Positions 37,912 through 49,764 of a DNA stretch of 64,000 nucleotides are shown here, one piece after another. The position numbers and the translations under genes are program-made. The notes beneath the pieces were generated by a model. It saw only the letters and a list, made by a program, of their open reading frames with translations. It had not been told where the DNA came from and did not search any database. Source of the stretch: Octopus sinensis (Eukaryota); contig NC_043005.1 in NCBI RefSeq assembly GCF_006345805.1, forward strand, positions 33,480,001 to 33,544,000, read 5' to 3'. How positions within the stretch are numbered: position 1 is the first letter of the stretch; every line of letters starts with the position of its first letter.

Positions 37912-40189
37912 GTAACTAGCTGGTGTATATAGCAACTAGAACATGCATATGGTAACTAGAAGATGTATATAGTAACTAGCAAGTGCACATGGTAAGTAGC
38001 AGCTGTATATCATAACTGGCTAGTGAGAATAGTAGCTAGAAAATGAATATAGTAACTAGAAGATGTATATAGTAACTAGCAAGTGCATATGGTAACTAGC
38101 GACTGTATATCATAACTGGCTAGTGTGAATAGTAGCTAGAAAATGAATATAGTAACTAGCAGTTGTATGTAGTAACTCACAGGTGTTTATGGTTACCAGC
38201 AGGTGTATATAAGTAACAAGCAGGTGCATATAGCAATTAGCAGGTGCATGTAATATATGGTACCTTGCTGCTGTATATAGTAATTTGAAGATGTATATAG
38301 TAAATAGCTGGTATATATAGTAACTAGCAGGTGCATATGGTAATTAACATGTGTATATAATAACTAACAGGTGTATATGGTAAATAGCTGCTGCAAATAG
38401 TAACTAGCAGGTGCATATAGTAACTAGCTAGTGTGAATGTTAAGTAACTGGTATATATCGTAAGTACCAGGTGTATCTAGTAACTAAAAGGTGTGTATAG
38501 CAACTAATAGGTGTAAATAGTAAATAGCAGGTGCATATGGTAACTAGAATATACATATAGTAACTAACAGGTGTGTGTAGAAACTCACTGGTGCGTATAG
38601 TAGCAACCAGGTGTATATGGTAACTAGCAGGTGCATATAGTAACTAGGTGTACATAGTACTTAGCAGGTGTATATAGTAACTAGGAGGTGTACATAGTAC
38701 TTAGCAGGTTTATATATTAACTATAATGTGTATATAATAACTAACAGGTGTATATGGTAACTCACAGGTGTATATAGTAACTAATAGCTGCATATAGTAA
38801 GTAGCAGGTGATTATGGTAACTAGAAGGTGTATATAGTAAGTAGCATTGTATATGGTAACTAGCTGATGTATATAGTAATTAGCAGTTGTATATATTAAC
38901 TAGGAGGTGCATATGATAACTAGCAGGTGTATATAGAAAGTACCAAGTGTATATGGTAACTAGCAGATGTGTATAATAACTAGAATGTGCATATAGTAAT
39001 TAGCAGGTGTATATAGTAACTAGAATTTGTATATGGCATCTAGCAGGTGTATAGAATAACAAACTTATGTATATAGTAGCTAGTAGGTGTATATAGTAAC
39101 TAGCTTGTGTATATGTTATGTAGCAGGTCTATATGGTAAGTAGCTGGTGTATGTAGTGACTAGGAGGTGCATATATACTAACCAGCAAGTATGTCTAGTA
39201 ACTAGAAGTTGTATATGGCAACTAGCTGGTGTATATTGTACTATCTGGTGTATATTAACTACCAGGTGTATATGGTAACTAGGTGTACATAGTATGTAGC
39301 AGCTGTATATAGTAACTAGAAGTTGCATATAGTAACAAACTGCTGCATATAGGAACTAGATGGTGCATATGGTAACTACCTGGTGTACAGATTAACAAGA
39401 TGTATGTAGTAACTAATAGGTCTATTGAGTGACTAGCTGGTGCATATGGTAACTGGCAGGTGTATATAGTAACTCGAAGATGTATATGATATTTAAAATG
39501 GGTATATAGTAACTAATAGATATATATAATAACTAGCAGGTGCATCTGGTAACTAGCAGGTGTGTATACCAACTCAAATGTGTATATAGTAATTAAAATG
39601 TGTATATAGTAAGTAGCAGATGCATATGATAACTAGCAGATGTATATGGGATCTAGCAAGTGCACACCATTACTAGTCAGTGTTTATAGAAACTAGCAGG
39701 TGTGTATAGTAACTAGCTGGTGCATATAGTAATTAGCTGGTGCATATGGTAACAAGCAGGTGTATATAGTAACTAGCAGGTGTATATGGTAACTTGGAGG
39801 TGTATACAATAACTAGCAGGTTTATATGGTAACTACTCTCTTCTGCAGACATGGGAGTATGATGTAGCCCTTGGAACCTTCAGATTTGTCAAATTGTCCA
39901 ACCCATGCCAGTATGAAAAGCAGACATTAAATGATGATGAGTTGGGTGGGAGACTTGGGGGAAATAGAGACAGACGTACAGTGATAGAGATAGATGTCAG
40001 ATGTACATTGGGGGTAGCTATAGTGAGTGGAGGGACAAGGGTTGTGAGGAATTTGTCAATGGTAGAAATGCTAGAATGATGAGAATGATAGCAGATAAGA
40101 GAGGAGTGTTAAAGATAAGGTAATGGCAGTCTTAAGATGTTGCCCAGAGGTGGAGTGAAGATAAACAAGGTACAAACAAAGGGGTTACC

Positions 40190-40640
40190 ATCATCATCAT
40201 CGTTTAACGTCCGTTTGACATGCTGGCATGGGTTGGACGGTTCAACTGGGGTCTGGGAAGCCAGAAGGCTGCACCAGGCTCCAGTCTGATCTGGCAGTGT
40301 TTCTACAGATGGATGCCCTTCCTAACACCAACTACTCCAAGAGTGTAGTGGGTGCTTTTTATGTTCCACCGGCACAAGGGCCAGAGGCAGCTGGCAACGA
40401 CCACAATCGGTTGGTGCTTTTTGTGTGCCACCAGCACAGAAGTCTGTCAAGGCAGCACTGGCATTGGCCATGTTCGGCCAGTGCTTTTTATGTGCCACCG
40501 GCACGGGTATCACAACTACAATTTCCATTTGATTTTGGTTTTGATGTACTTGACTCAATAGGTCTCCTCAAGCACAGCATGTCACCCTACAATCCAAGGT
40601 ACTTTTAAGTGGGCTGATTATGCGACACAGGTTACAGCTG
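40190..40640 (-). mobile_element. RTE-tailed non-autonomous retroelement
   Basis: catcatcatcatcgtttaacgtccg..ggatgcccttcctaac is the reverse complement of the RTE 3' end and (GAT)n tail. Confidence 0.85.
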
Positions 40641-40649
40641 TGAACTCAC

Positions 40650-40685
<36 letters not shown>

Positions 40686-40825
40686 TACATCAAAAAATAC
40701 CTTAGGAATGAGAACACAGGTTCCAAAATTTACCCAAGACACCTGATGAAGGCTGGAGGGTATATCAGCCGAAATGTGTTAACAACAAAGATGAGGACAC
40801 ATATCTGTCAAATGTAAATAATGTA
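40650..40825 (+). mobile_element. Short Penelope-like repeat with a minimal hammerhead-like motif
   Basis: (AAT)n, then GACAC-CTGATGA-A-GGCTG-gagggtatat-CAGCC-GAAA-T-GTGTT at 40738-40780. Confidence 0.6.
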
Positions 40826-40831
40826 CAGTTA

Positions 40832-41009
40832 GGCGCAGGAGTGGCTGTGTGGTAAGTAGCTTGCTTACCAACCACATGGTTCTGGGTTCAGTCCTACTGC
40901 ATGGCACTTTGGGCAAGTGTCTTCTACTATAGCCTCGGGCCATCCAAAGCCTTGTGAGTGGATTTGGTAGACAGAAACTGAAAGAAGCCCGTTGTATATA
41001 TGTATATGC

Positions 41010-41043
<34 letters not shown>

Positions 41044-41170
41044 TTGTGTGTCTGTGTTTGTCCCCCCAACATCACTTGACAACCGATGCTGGTGTGTTTA
41101 CATCCCTGTAACATTTACTGTGGCCATGCTCTAGCATGGCCACAGCAAATGACTGAAATAAGTAAAAGAG
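40832..41170 (+). mobile_element. tRNA-derived SINE, near full length
   Basis: Head ggcgcaggagtggctgtgtggtaagtagc matches the 17480 copy. Confidence 0.9.
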
Positions 41171-41608
41171 TAAAAGAGAGAGCAATTAAAGATGCATTTG
41201 CTACCCTTCTACCACTCTGTATTAGATCCCCCCATACGGCACACTAAGTTAAACTATAAGTTCCGTCTAGCTTGGAATTCCCAGACAAACAGGAAGTTGA
41301 TGGACCACTTATGATTTTGGTATAAAATGAACCACTTGTAATGTGTGCGCATGTACGTGCGTGTGTGTGTGTGTAAACATCTGAATGACCTATTTCTCCT
41401 TTCAGGTGATTGTCACACAAAAAAACAATGTCTTTAACTAAAATGTATGGGAACAAATGTAATTGCATAGTAGTTAACTAATCAGAAACGAAATAGAGTC
41501 AGTGTGTTTTTATTGACAAAAATGACCCTCCCAATATACAACATAGACAGGATTTATAAACGTATGTCATGTCTACCAACTGTAGCACCATAGTTCCCCA
41601 ACTGCAAG

Positions 41609-41735
41609 CCTACCTACCTACCTACCTACCTACCTGCCTACCTACCTACCTATCTATCTATCTATCTATTTATCTATCTATCTGTCTATCTATCTATCTA
41701 TCTATCTATCTATTATCTATCTATCTGTCTATCTA

Positions 41736-41808
<73 letters not shown>
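41609..41808. repeat. Compound microsatellite (CCTA)n-(TCTA)n-(CT)n-(TA)n
   Basis: Directly visible. Confidence 0.95.
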
Positions 41809-41809
<1 letters not shown>

Positions 41810-41811
<2 letters not shown>

Positions 41812-43325
41812 TAATAAAATATTAGGGAATAAATCCAAACTTACAGGGAAAAATCAGATTTAGGATTAAATCCAATTTTATAGTAAAATATATTATATTA
41901 TATTATATTAAATTAGAGATAAAGCCACTATTAGGCAAATCAAACAATGAAAAACATAAGCCAATACATAAAATTAATTAATTTATATTATTTTAAATAT
42001 ATATCAAAACTATTAAAAGTTTAATAAAAGATAAAGAGTAAAACACTACGATCGTTTCATGGCTGTACAATTCGTAATAATTCGAGTTATGGTTACAGTC
42101 AATCTTCAGGTTAATTGAAATATCTAAAATATAATCAGAAATATTTAAACAATATTTTTAAGATATAAATAATATAATAATTTTACTTATAATAAACTCT
42201 ATTATCAAACTAGAAACATAAAACTTAACAATTATGATTATATCAAAATCGACTATAATGTTAAATATTAATTTTAATTTATAAGGTAGGAAACCCACCA
42301 ATAATCTAATATCGGTATTAGTCTATATCTAATTACATAAATATTTTAAAATGACTAATATATATAAATTATCAATGAAAATATATAAATGTATATAAAT
42401 ATTATAATTAAAATCTAAAATAATCTCTATAAATAAATATATATGCACATATAATAAAAACCTAATAAATTAATTTTTCATATTTAAAGATGAAATAGCT
42501 AATTTCAAAATACAAATAAACAAACTTAAACGAACTTTCGGAAATCTTATGTAAAATACTTATAGAAATAATCAATTCGTAGTAATATAGTATCGAATAA
42601 ATACTATAAATACTATAAATATAATTATCAATGGGAATAACTACCGAATATCAATTTAAAGAAATAACTAAGTTATGCTATTAAATTAGACATGGCCTGG
42701 ACCAATCTTTAGTCGAAACATATCTAAGTTTATCAAAGTTTATCTAATTTAATTATAAATTTAAAACTACAATTAATACTATTAAAACATGTATATACAA
42801 AAGCCTAACTTAATACACCTCGTATGCTTGCTATCAAATAACAAATCTATCACTAAGTAGTATCTTACGAATAAACTTAAATTTAATATCTAATAATATA
42901 GAAAATTACGATAATTAGATCATTACATAAACAACGATATTTACATAAGGAAAATATTATTACTCCAAAGACGTATACAATATTAAAATTTACAATTTGA
43001 AGATCTTAAATAAATACATACTTATCTTAGCGAGGTTTAGCAATGAACTAAAATTTTGAATCGGAAAACGTCTTTACAGCGTTTATAAGAATACTCGTGG
43101 AATTACGTTATTAGCAAAAAAAAAAGAATAAATTGTTGAAGAATTCATTAAGCGTGAAGAACCTACGCTTTATCAATGAGATTGTGAATGGGAAAAATTA
43201 TTGGTTTATCATTGTAAATAGAATGAAGTCACAAATAAAGAATAAAATCTCTCTATACTATAATATTTATTAATAAAATAACTATGATAAATAATACTTA
43301 ATACAAAATAAATAAATGATTTAAA
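41810..43325. mobile_element. AT-rich interspersed element, probably Penelope-like, with a hammerhead-like motif on the minus strand
   Basis: Fragments recur at ~8100-8290 and ~18020-18070; hammerhead-like motif at 42040-42115; weak GIY-YIG-like C-terminal remnant EEFIKREEPTL at ~43138-43170 (+). Confidence 0.45.
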
Positions 43326-43371
<46 letters not shown>

Positions 43372-43424
43372 TAAAAATCTTATATGATTAATAAATATAT
43401 AAAAAAATTTATTTATATAGTAAC

Positions 43425-43519
<95 letters not shown>

Positions 43520-43585
43520 CTTTATTTAAAGCAGCAGAAAATTCAACAAAACCTGTTACTCTGAGTTTCCCGTTGCCGTTCATAA

Positions 43586-43626
<41 letters not shown>

Positions 43627-43967
43627 CATGTGTGTGTGTGTGTGTTGTGTGTGTGTGTGTGCGCGCGCATGTGCATGTGTGTACATGTGTGTGTGCGTGT
43701 GTAAGAGAGAGAGAGAGACTATAGGTGCAGGCATGGCTTGCTTCCCAACTACATAGTTCAAATTCAGTCCCATAGCATGTCACCTTGGACAAGTGTCCTC
43801 TACCTTAGTCCTAGGTCTACCAAAGCCTTGTAAATAGCTTTGGTTAATGAAAACTGAAAAATGCCTATTATACATATGCATGTGTGTGTACCATTATGAC
43901 AAACAAACATTTAATGATGGTGATCATGATATGTGTGTGTGTGTGTGTGTGTGTCTGTGTGTCTGTG

Positions 43968-45169
43968 TATACAAGTAGCATAAGGTATCTGAGGGCATAC
44001 ATTTTTGGGTCATTGCTGAGTTTTGCTAATGCTGTATAATCTTTGTTTCAGAAAATTATAATGGCAGACCCTCAGCTTACTCAAGAAATGAAGAGGCATG
44101 CTGTTATTGTGGTTATAAAGGCTGAGCATAGTGATTTAGAAATATCTCAATTTTTAAAAGTTGCCAGATCTTTCGTCTACAAAGTTTGTAAGAAGCAAGA
44201 GACTGAAGATGGAAATGTATTACCAATATCAAAGCATAAAAAGCTTTGAATTTATCCAGCAAGTTCAACAGAACATTGATTACAATCCCAGAAAGTCCAT
44301 GAGGTCAATTGCAAAAGATCTCCGTGTGTCAGAAGGAACAGTCAGAAATGTTGTCCGCAAGTCTTATATGATGAGGAAAGGTCAATTTGTCAGATAAAAC
44401 AAAAGAAAATCATTACATCATATCTAAAAGGCTCTTAAACAAACTGAAAAATCTAGCAGAAGAAGATTTGATTTGGTTTTTCTCAAATGAGAAAAACTTC
44501 GACCAAGATCAAAAAGTTAACAGAAGAAATGACAAATGGTTATGCGTATACCCCTCTGAAGTTCCAAGTGTTTTGCATACAAAATTTCCTGCAGCTGTCA
44601 TGGTTTTAGGGGTTGTCAGCAATGAAGGACATATGATGCCTCTTTACTTCTTTCCACAAGGCCTTAGAATTAACTCTGCTGCCTACATTGAGGTCCTGGA
44701 AATAATAATAGACTGCTTGCAATTGAAGGCTATATGTGTTTCATTAAGACTGCACTATCACACATGACTCTAGTAACACAGGAATGGATGGCTGAAAATT
44801 TTCCTCATCACATAACTCCTAACATTTGGCCTTCTAATTCCCCAGATCTCAATCCATTGGACTACTATGTATGTAGCATTGTTGAGAGAGAGGTCAATGA
44901 ACAAGCCCATAACACCAAAGATTCTATGAAAGTTGCCAGAGTCAGAGTAATGTCCAAAATGAACCAGGACTACTTGATTTGAGCATGTAGATGATTAAGA
45001 TCTCATACAGAAGTTGTTGAAGCTGAAGGTGGCTTTATTGAATAACTTTATAGAAAAGGTTTTTTTTTTATCCTCATAGCATTTTTGATAAATGAAGTTA
45101 TTATCTGTAATTATATATCTGTTGTTTTATCAACATAAATCTGTCTTCAAATATCTAACGCACCCTGTA
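43968..45169 (+). mobile_element. DD37D maT-family transposon, near full length, frameshifted
   Basis: KRHAVIVVIKAEHSDLEISQFL, FSNEKNFDQDQKVNRRND, TKFPAAVMVLGVVSNEG and WPSNSPDLNPLDYY; right terminus tctaacgcaccctgta. Confidence 0.9.
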
Positions 45170-45885
45170 CATATCTATTTAAGTCACAGTATATGGATTC
45201 AAGCAATCCTGTAGTAATTATAAAAAAATCTCCTTAATGTATCATTCTACGAAACATGTAGTAGAACATACAGCACAATAAAAGAGAAAATGGTAAGGAG
45301 TGTAGAGAGTCATAAATAACAGAGAAATAGTTTGATAAATTTTATCTAACAATAAAAAATTCAAATATCATGCCAGGTGAAATGCTTAGCAGCATTTTGT
45401 CTGTCTTCACATTCTGAGTTCAAATTCTACCCAGATTTTGCCTTTCATCCTTTAGGGGTCAATAAAATAAGTACCAATTGAGTACCGGGGTTTATGTAAT
45501 TGACTTACCCACTTCCCTGAACTTGCTGACCTTGTGCCAAAATTTGAAATCAATATTTAACATTAGTTTAGCTGTTGGAACTACTGGAAAGAACTCATGT
45601 AATCTTAGGGATCTTCAGATTTTCTGTTATTTCTTGCTCTTTAGAAAGAATTGACAAGGAATGAAGCCCTCTCTATTGCAGCCTCATTCAATGAGGGAGA
45701 TTTTTGTCTTGCAAGCTGCATAATGACCTCCATAATTCTAGTGCCATGAGAAAAGGCAACCAATACACTCTGTAAAATCCAGCTGTAGAAACCATGTCAA
45801 AGCAGACACTGGAGCATGGTGCAGTCCTAGGACCCATTAAATCCTCTCAATTCATCTAACCTAGCATGGGACATGGATGTTAAAA

Positions 45886-45916
<31 letters not shown>

Positions 45917-46934
45917 TTTACTTGATGGTTAGGTTTTTACTGCTCCTTGCATTAAACATGTCAGCATTAACTTAGCTATTATTTTTCCTGCAATGGTGTC
46001 TCTGAGTAATATTCTCTGAATGTTACTTGTTTTTCTATGTACATTGTTTTATATACACTCAGTGATTCTATAGTTATTAATTCAGCCAGAAAAGCAAAAT
46101 CTCTGCTTTATTGATGAAGTCAGAAAAGCATCAAAATATGTTTAGAGTTGCTTTCTTTTATTTCCTGATACAAAATATTAGTGCTTGCCAAACATTTTTT
46201 TTTCCACGTTATCCATTTATTTGTAGTCAGGTATCCCTTTTTTTAAAGCTCCCTGCACTGTCAGATATGTTAATCGTAACTTAACTATTTACCTGTATTT
46301 GGGTAAATTTTTCAGGTGGTGGATGGGTTGTTAGTGATGACATTCGGCCAACAAAATTCTAATCAGTTAGAGCTAATGGAAATGAAGTTTTCAACATGAA
46401 TAGAAGTAACAGTCAAATTTCCTTCAAATCACATTCTACCATCTTCAAAAAAGAAGGATGCATTAGATAATGTAATTCTTCACTCCCCATTAAAATAACA
46501 GGATGGTTACAACCGGAATGTCATGACCATCATGGATGAGTTTGATTTGTTTGACCTGGAAGTGTGTGTGTGTGGTGGGGGTAAACAATTGCTTTAAAGT
46601 TCTTCCCTACACTTATCACATTTAACTCTATGTAAAGCTACAAAATACGGCTATTAAGTGTTAAGTACCTTGTTCTTGAACATGACACAATAATGAAAGA
46701 GGAAATAATTCTCCAATAATATAACGTATAGTAAATTATGAATGTATGGTACTTGATTATATATTAATTCATAGTACTTTATTAACTCATTCTACTTTAT
46801 GAATTCATGGTACCTTAATAATTCCTTGTACTTGTCATATTTTAATTAATTGTACATTATTAATTTATGATTCTTTGTTATATATTAATTCATTGTACTT
46901 TTTAATTCATTGTAGTTTATTATTTATTATATAT

Positions 46935-46976
<42 letters not shown>

Positions 46977-46979
46977 ATA

Positions 46980-48394
46980 TATGTGGAAGAAAACTGGAAG
47001 TTTCTACAGGACAACCTACTGAGGGCCACTGACCAGATGGTGCAAAGTCCCCTCTCGACCAAAAATAGCATGGTGGTGGAACAATGTTGTTGACAGGGCT
47101 ACTAGAGAAAAGAAATAGACGTGGAAGGACTGAAAGAATGGTGGTAGCAGGGAATCATATCAGATCACCACAAGGGAAGCTAGAAGACAGGTTTATTTAG
47201 CCAAAGGGGAAGCAGATAAAAAAAATTTGCCAATGTTCTGTGCCGTGAGGACCAAAGACATGAGGTATTTTGTGTTGCAAGACAGTGTGTGAGAGAGAAT
47301 CGTGATGTCATAGGAGAGAAATGTGTCCGCATGGATGATGGTTCACTTGCACTAAAGGAGGCTGCAAATAGAGAGGTTTGGATATGTCACTATGAAAGGT
47401 TACTCAATAAAGAGAATGAATGGAAGAAAGAGAGTCTGCCGAATGTCGACCCAACAGAGGGACCAGCTATCCGAATTGAAAGTACCTTGGTAGATAAAGC
47501 AATTAAGAGTATGAAGACAAGGAAAGCCCCCAACCATCAAGAATCACCGTAAAATATCTGGCGGTGTTGGCTATAGTCTAGTCACCCGTACAGTTAACCA
47601 GGTGATACATGAAGGAGTCATACCCAATGACTGGTGTAGCAGCATCATAGTCAACTGCTACAAAGGTAAAGGTGACGCTTTAGATACAAATAATTACAGG
47701 TAATGAAGGTCACGGAGAGGGTCATAGCCCAACTAATTAAGGAGAGAGTCAGTTTAGATGAGATGCAGTTTAGGTTTGTACCAGGGAAAAGTACCACTGA
47801 TGCTATATTTCTGGTAAGACAGCTGCAGGAAAAATACCTAGCCAAAGATAAACTCCTGTACCTGGCTTTCAGTGACATAGAGAAAGCCTTTGACGGGGTC
47901 CCCCGATCCCTTATCTGGTGGTCAATACAGAAACTAGGGATAGATGAAAGGTAAGAGCTGTTCAAGCCATGTACAGGGACGCTGTCAGTAAGGTGAGGGT
48001 TGGCAACGAGTACAGTGAAGAATTCCAGGTAGAGGTCGGGGTCCACCAAGGTTCGTTCCTCAGCCTCCTCTTATTTATCATAGTCCTCCAGGCAATAACA
48101 GAGGAATTCAAGACAGGATGCCCCCGGGAGCTCCTCTATGCTGATAACCTTGCTCTAATTGCTGAGTCACTATCAGATCACATCAGTGAAACATGGGCCG
48201 TGACTGCTGAGGACATGCATGAGCTTGTAAGGAATGAAGCCAGTATGCTCTGCTGGATGTGCAATGTCAGTGTGCATACACGACAGAGTGTAAGCGCTCT
48301 GAGAGAAAAGTTGGATTTAAGAAGCATCAGAAGTGGCGTGCAAGAGAGACAACTGCACTGGTATGGTCATATGTTGCAAATGAGTGAGGCCAGC

Positions 48395-48395
<1 letters not shown>
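46980..48395 (+). mobile_element. RTE-clade LINE ORF2 pseudogene fragment
   Basis: KAIKSMKTRKAP, MQFRFVPGKSTTDAIFLVRQLQEKY, FSDIEKAFDGVPR, GVHQGSFLSLLLF and LLYADNLAL (YADD to YADN), with frameshifts and a deletion. Confidence 0.93.
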
Positions 48396-48436
<41 letters not shown>

Positions 48437-48448
48437 ATATATACATAG

Positions 48449-48522
<74 letters not shown>

Positions 48523-48541
48523 CATACATATATATATATAC

Positions 48542-48591
<50 letters not shown>

Positions 48592-48595
<4 letters not shown>

Positions 48596-49059
48596 TATAA
48601 TCAAAAAAGGGTAATAACATAGATTACTACCAGTAGCCCAGCACAAAAGACGAATTAGTCATTAGACAAAATATTATTCATATAGAAATATAATTAAGGG
48701 CTCCTAAATAAGGATGCCAAGTGCTAGGGACACAAAAAAGGGATAAATTCATCGAGAGTGAAAATCAAAAACATTTACCATTAACGATATATCCCGGACT
48801 GGTCAGTTTCTACCTCTTTCTAGCAAAACAGACAGAATATGTTTGCCAAGGCCGGTTTCATCAGCGAGACGCCTTTGTTAAATCGAGATGCACAGACCGT
48901 TAGACCATGTGTTGATCTAAACAACTTGTAAATCTTAACTTTTCAAACCTCTGTGCAGACGCAAAATCTACCCGGTGATATAGGGCATGCCGGGAAAAAA
49001 TTTTACGAACAAATCTATCAAGTAATATGTGAATATAATCAAAAAAGGGTAATAACATA
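48592..49059 (-). mobile_element. Retrozyme-like/non-autonomous Penelope-like element: 438-bp monomer plus 30-bp terminal redundancy
   Basis: tgaatataatcaaaaaagggtaataacata is identical at 48592-48621 and 49030-49059; (TA)n flanks both sides; contains a hammerhead motif. Confidence 0.7.
48792..48869 (-). ncRNA. Type I hammerhead ribozyme motif
   Basis: Minus strand: TCTCG-CTGATGA-[A-ACC..long stem II..GGT-A]-GAA-ACTG-AC-CAGT-C-CGGGA. All core residues and a GUC triplet are present; stem I is TCTCG/CGGGA and stem III is ACTG/CAGT. An A.A juxtaposition replaces the canonical G10.1-C11.1 pair. Confidence 0.7.
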
Positions 49060-49764
49060 TATATATATACATATACATATATATATATATACATATATAT
49101 ATATACATATATATATATATACATATATATATATGTATACATATGTATATACATATACACACATATGTATATACATATATATATACATATATATAAACAT
49201 GTATGTAAATAAATAAAATAAAAGAAATGAAAGTAATATATATATACAAAGTGAAAATATTAATAGTGAAACCTATTAAAACTGAAAGCATTATCTCACA
49301 TTACAATAGAGATGTTATTGTTTCACTTTTGACATGTAATACTAAAATAGTGTAAGAGCTAAGAGATTTCTCCGGGCTCACATTAGGCAAAATGTTGAAA
49401 ACTTTTTGGGCCTATGATATTGCATGGACCATAAGTAAGGCATGTGTAAAATTTGAATGAAAGCAGTTGAGTAGTTCTAGAGATTTTACAGGCAGAAATG
49501 CATACGCACATTCTCAGTTTTATATATAGAGATGGTAGTTTGTCAATTTATGGTACTTTGATATATATTATTTCATTGTACTTCATTGATCAAAGGTACT
49601 TTATTAATTCATTGTACTTTAATGATACATGGTACTTTATTAAGTATTAATTCAGTGTACTTTATTAATTCATGGCACTTTCATCAGCTTCCCTCCCTTT
49701 TTTTCAATCTGTACTCCGCTTCCTACAGAGTTAGTTCTTCAGAGGTAACATTTTAGCAGGGATA

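Larger units (their letters stand above)
30805..39835. repeat. Interrupted 20-bp satellite, consensus GTAACTAGCAGGTGTATATA
   Basis: Forward blocks ~30805-31290, 31501-31550, 31835-32360, 33290-33718, 35085-35530 and 37912-39835; reverse blocks ~35540-35600 and 36893-37437. Roughly 200 monomers, estimated from block lengths. Confidence 0.95.

Noticed and set aside
30805-39835. CRISPR-like appearance of regularly spaced repeats
   Set aside because: Monomers are head-to-tail with no unique spacers, there are no cas genes, and the context is eukaryotic; it is a satellite.
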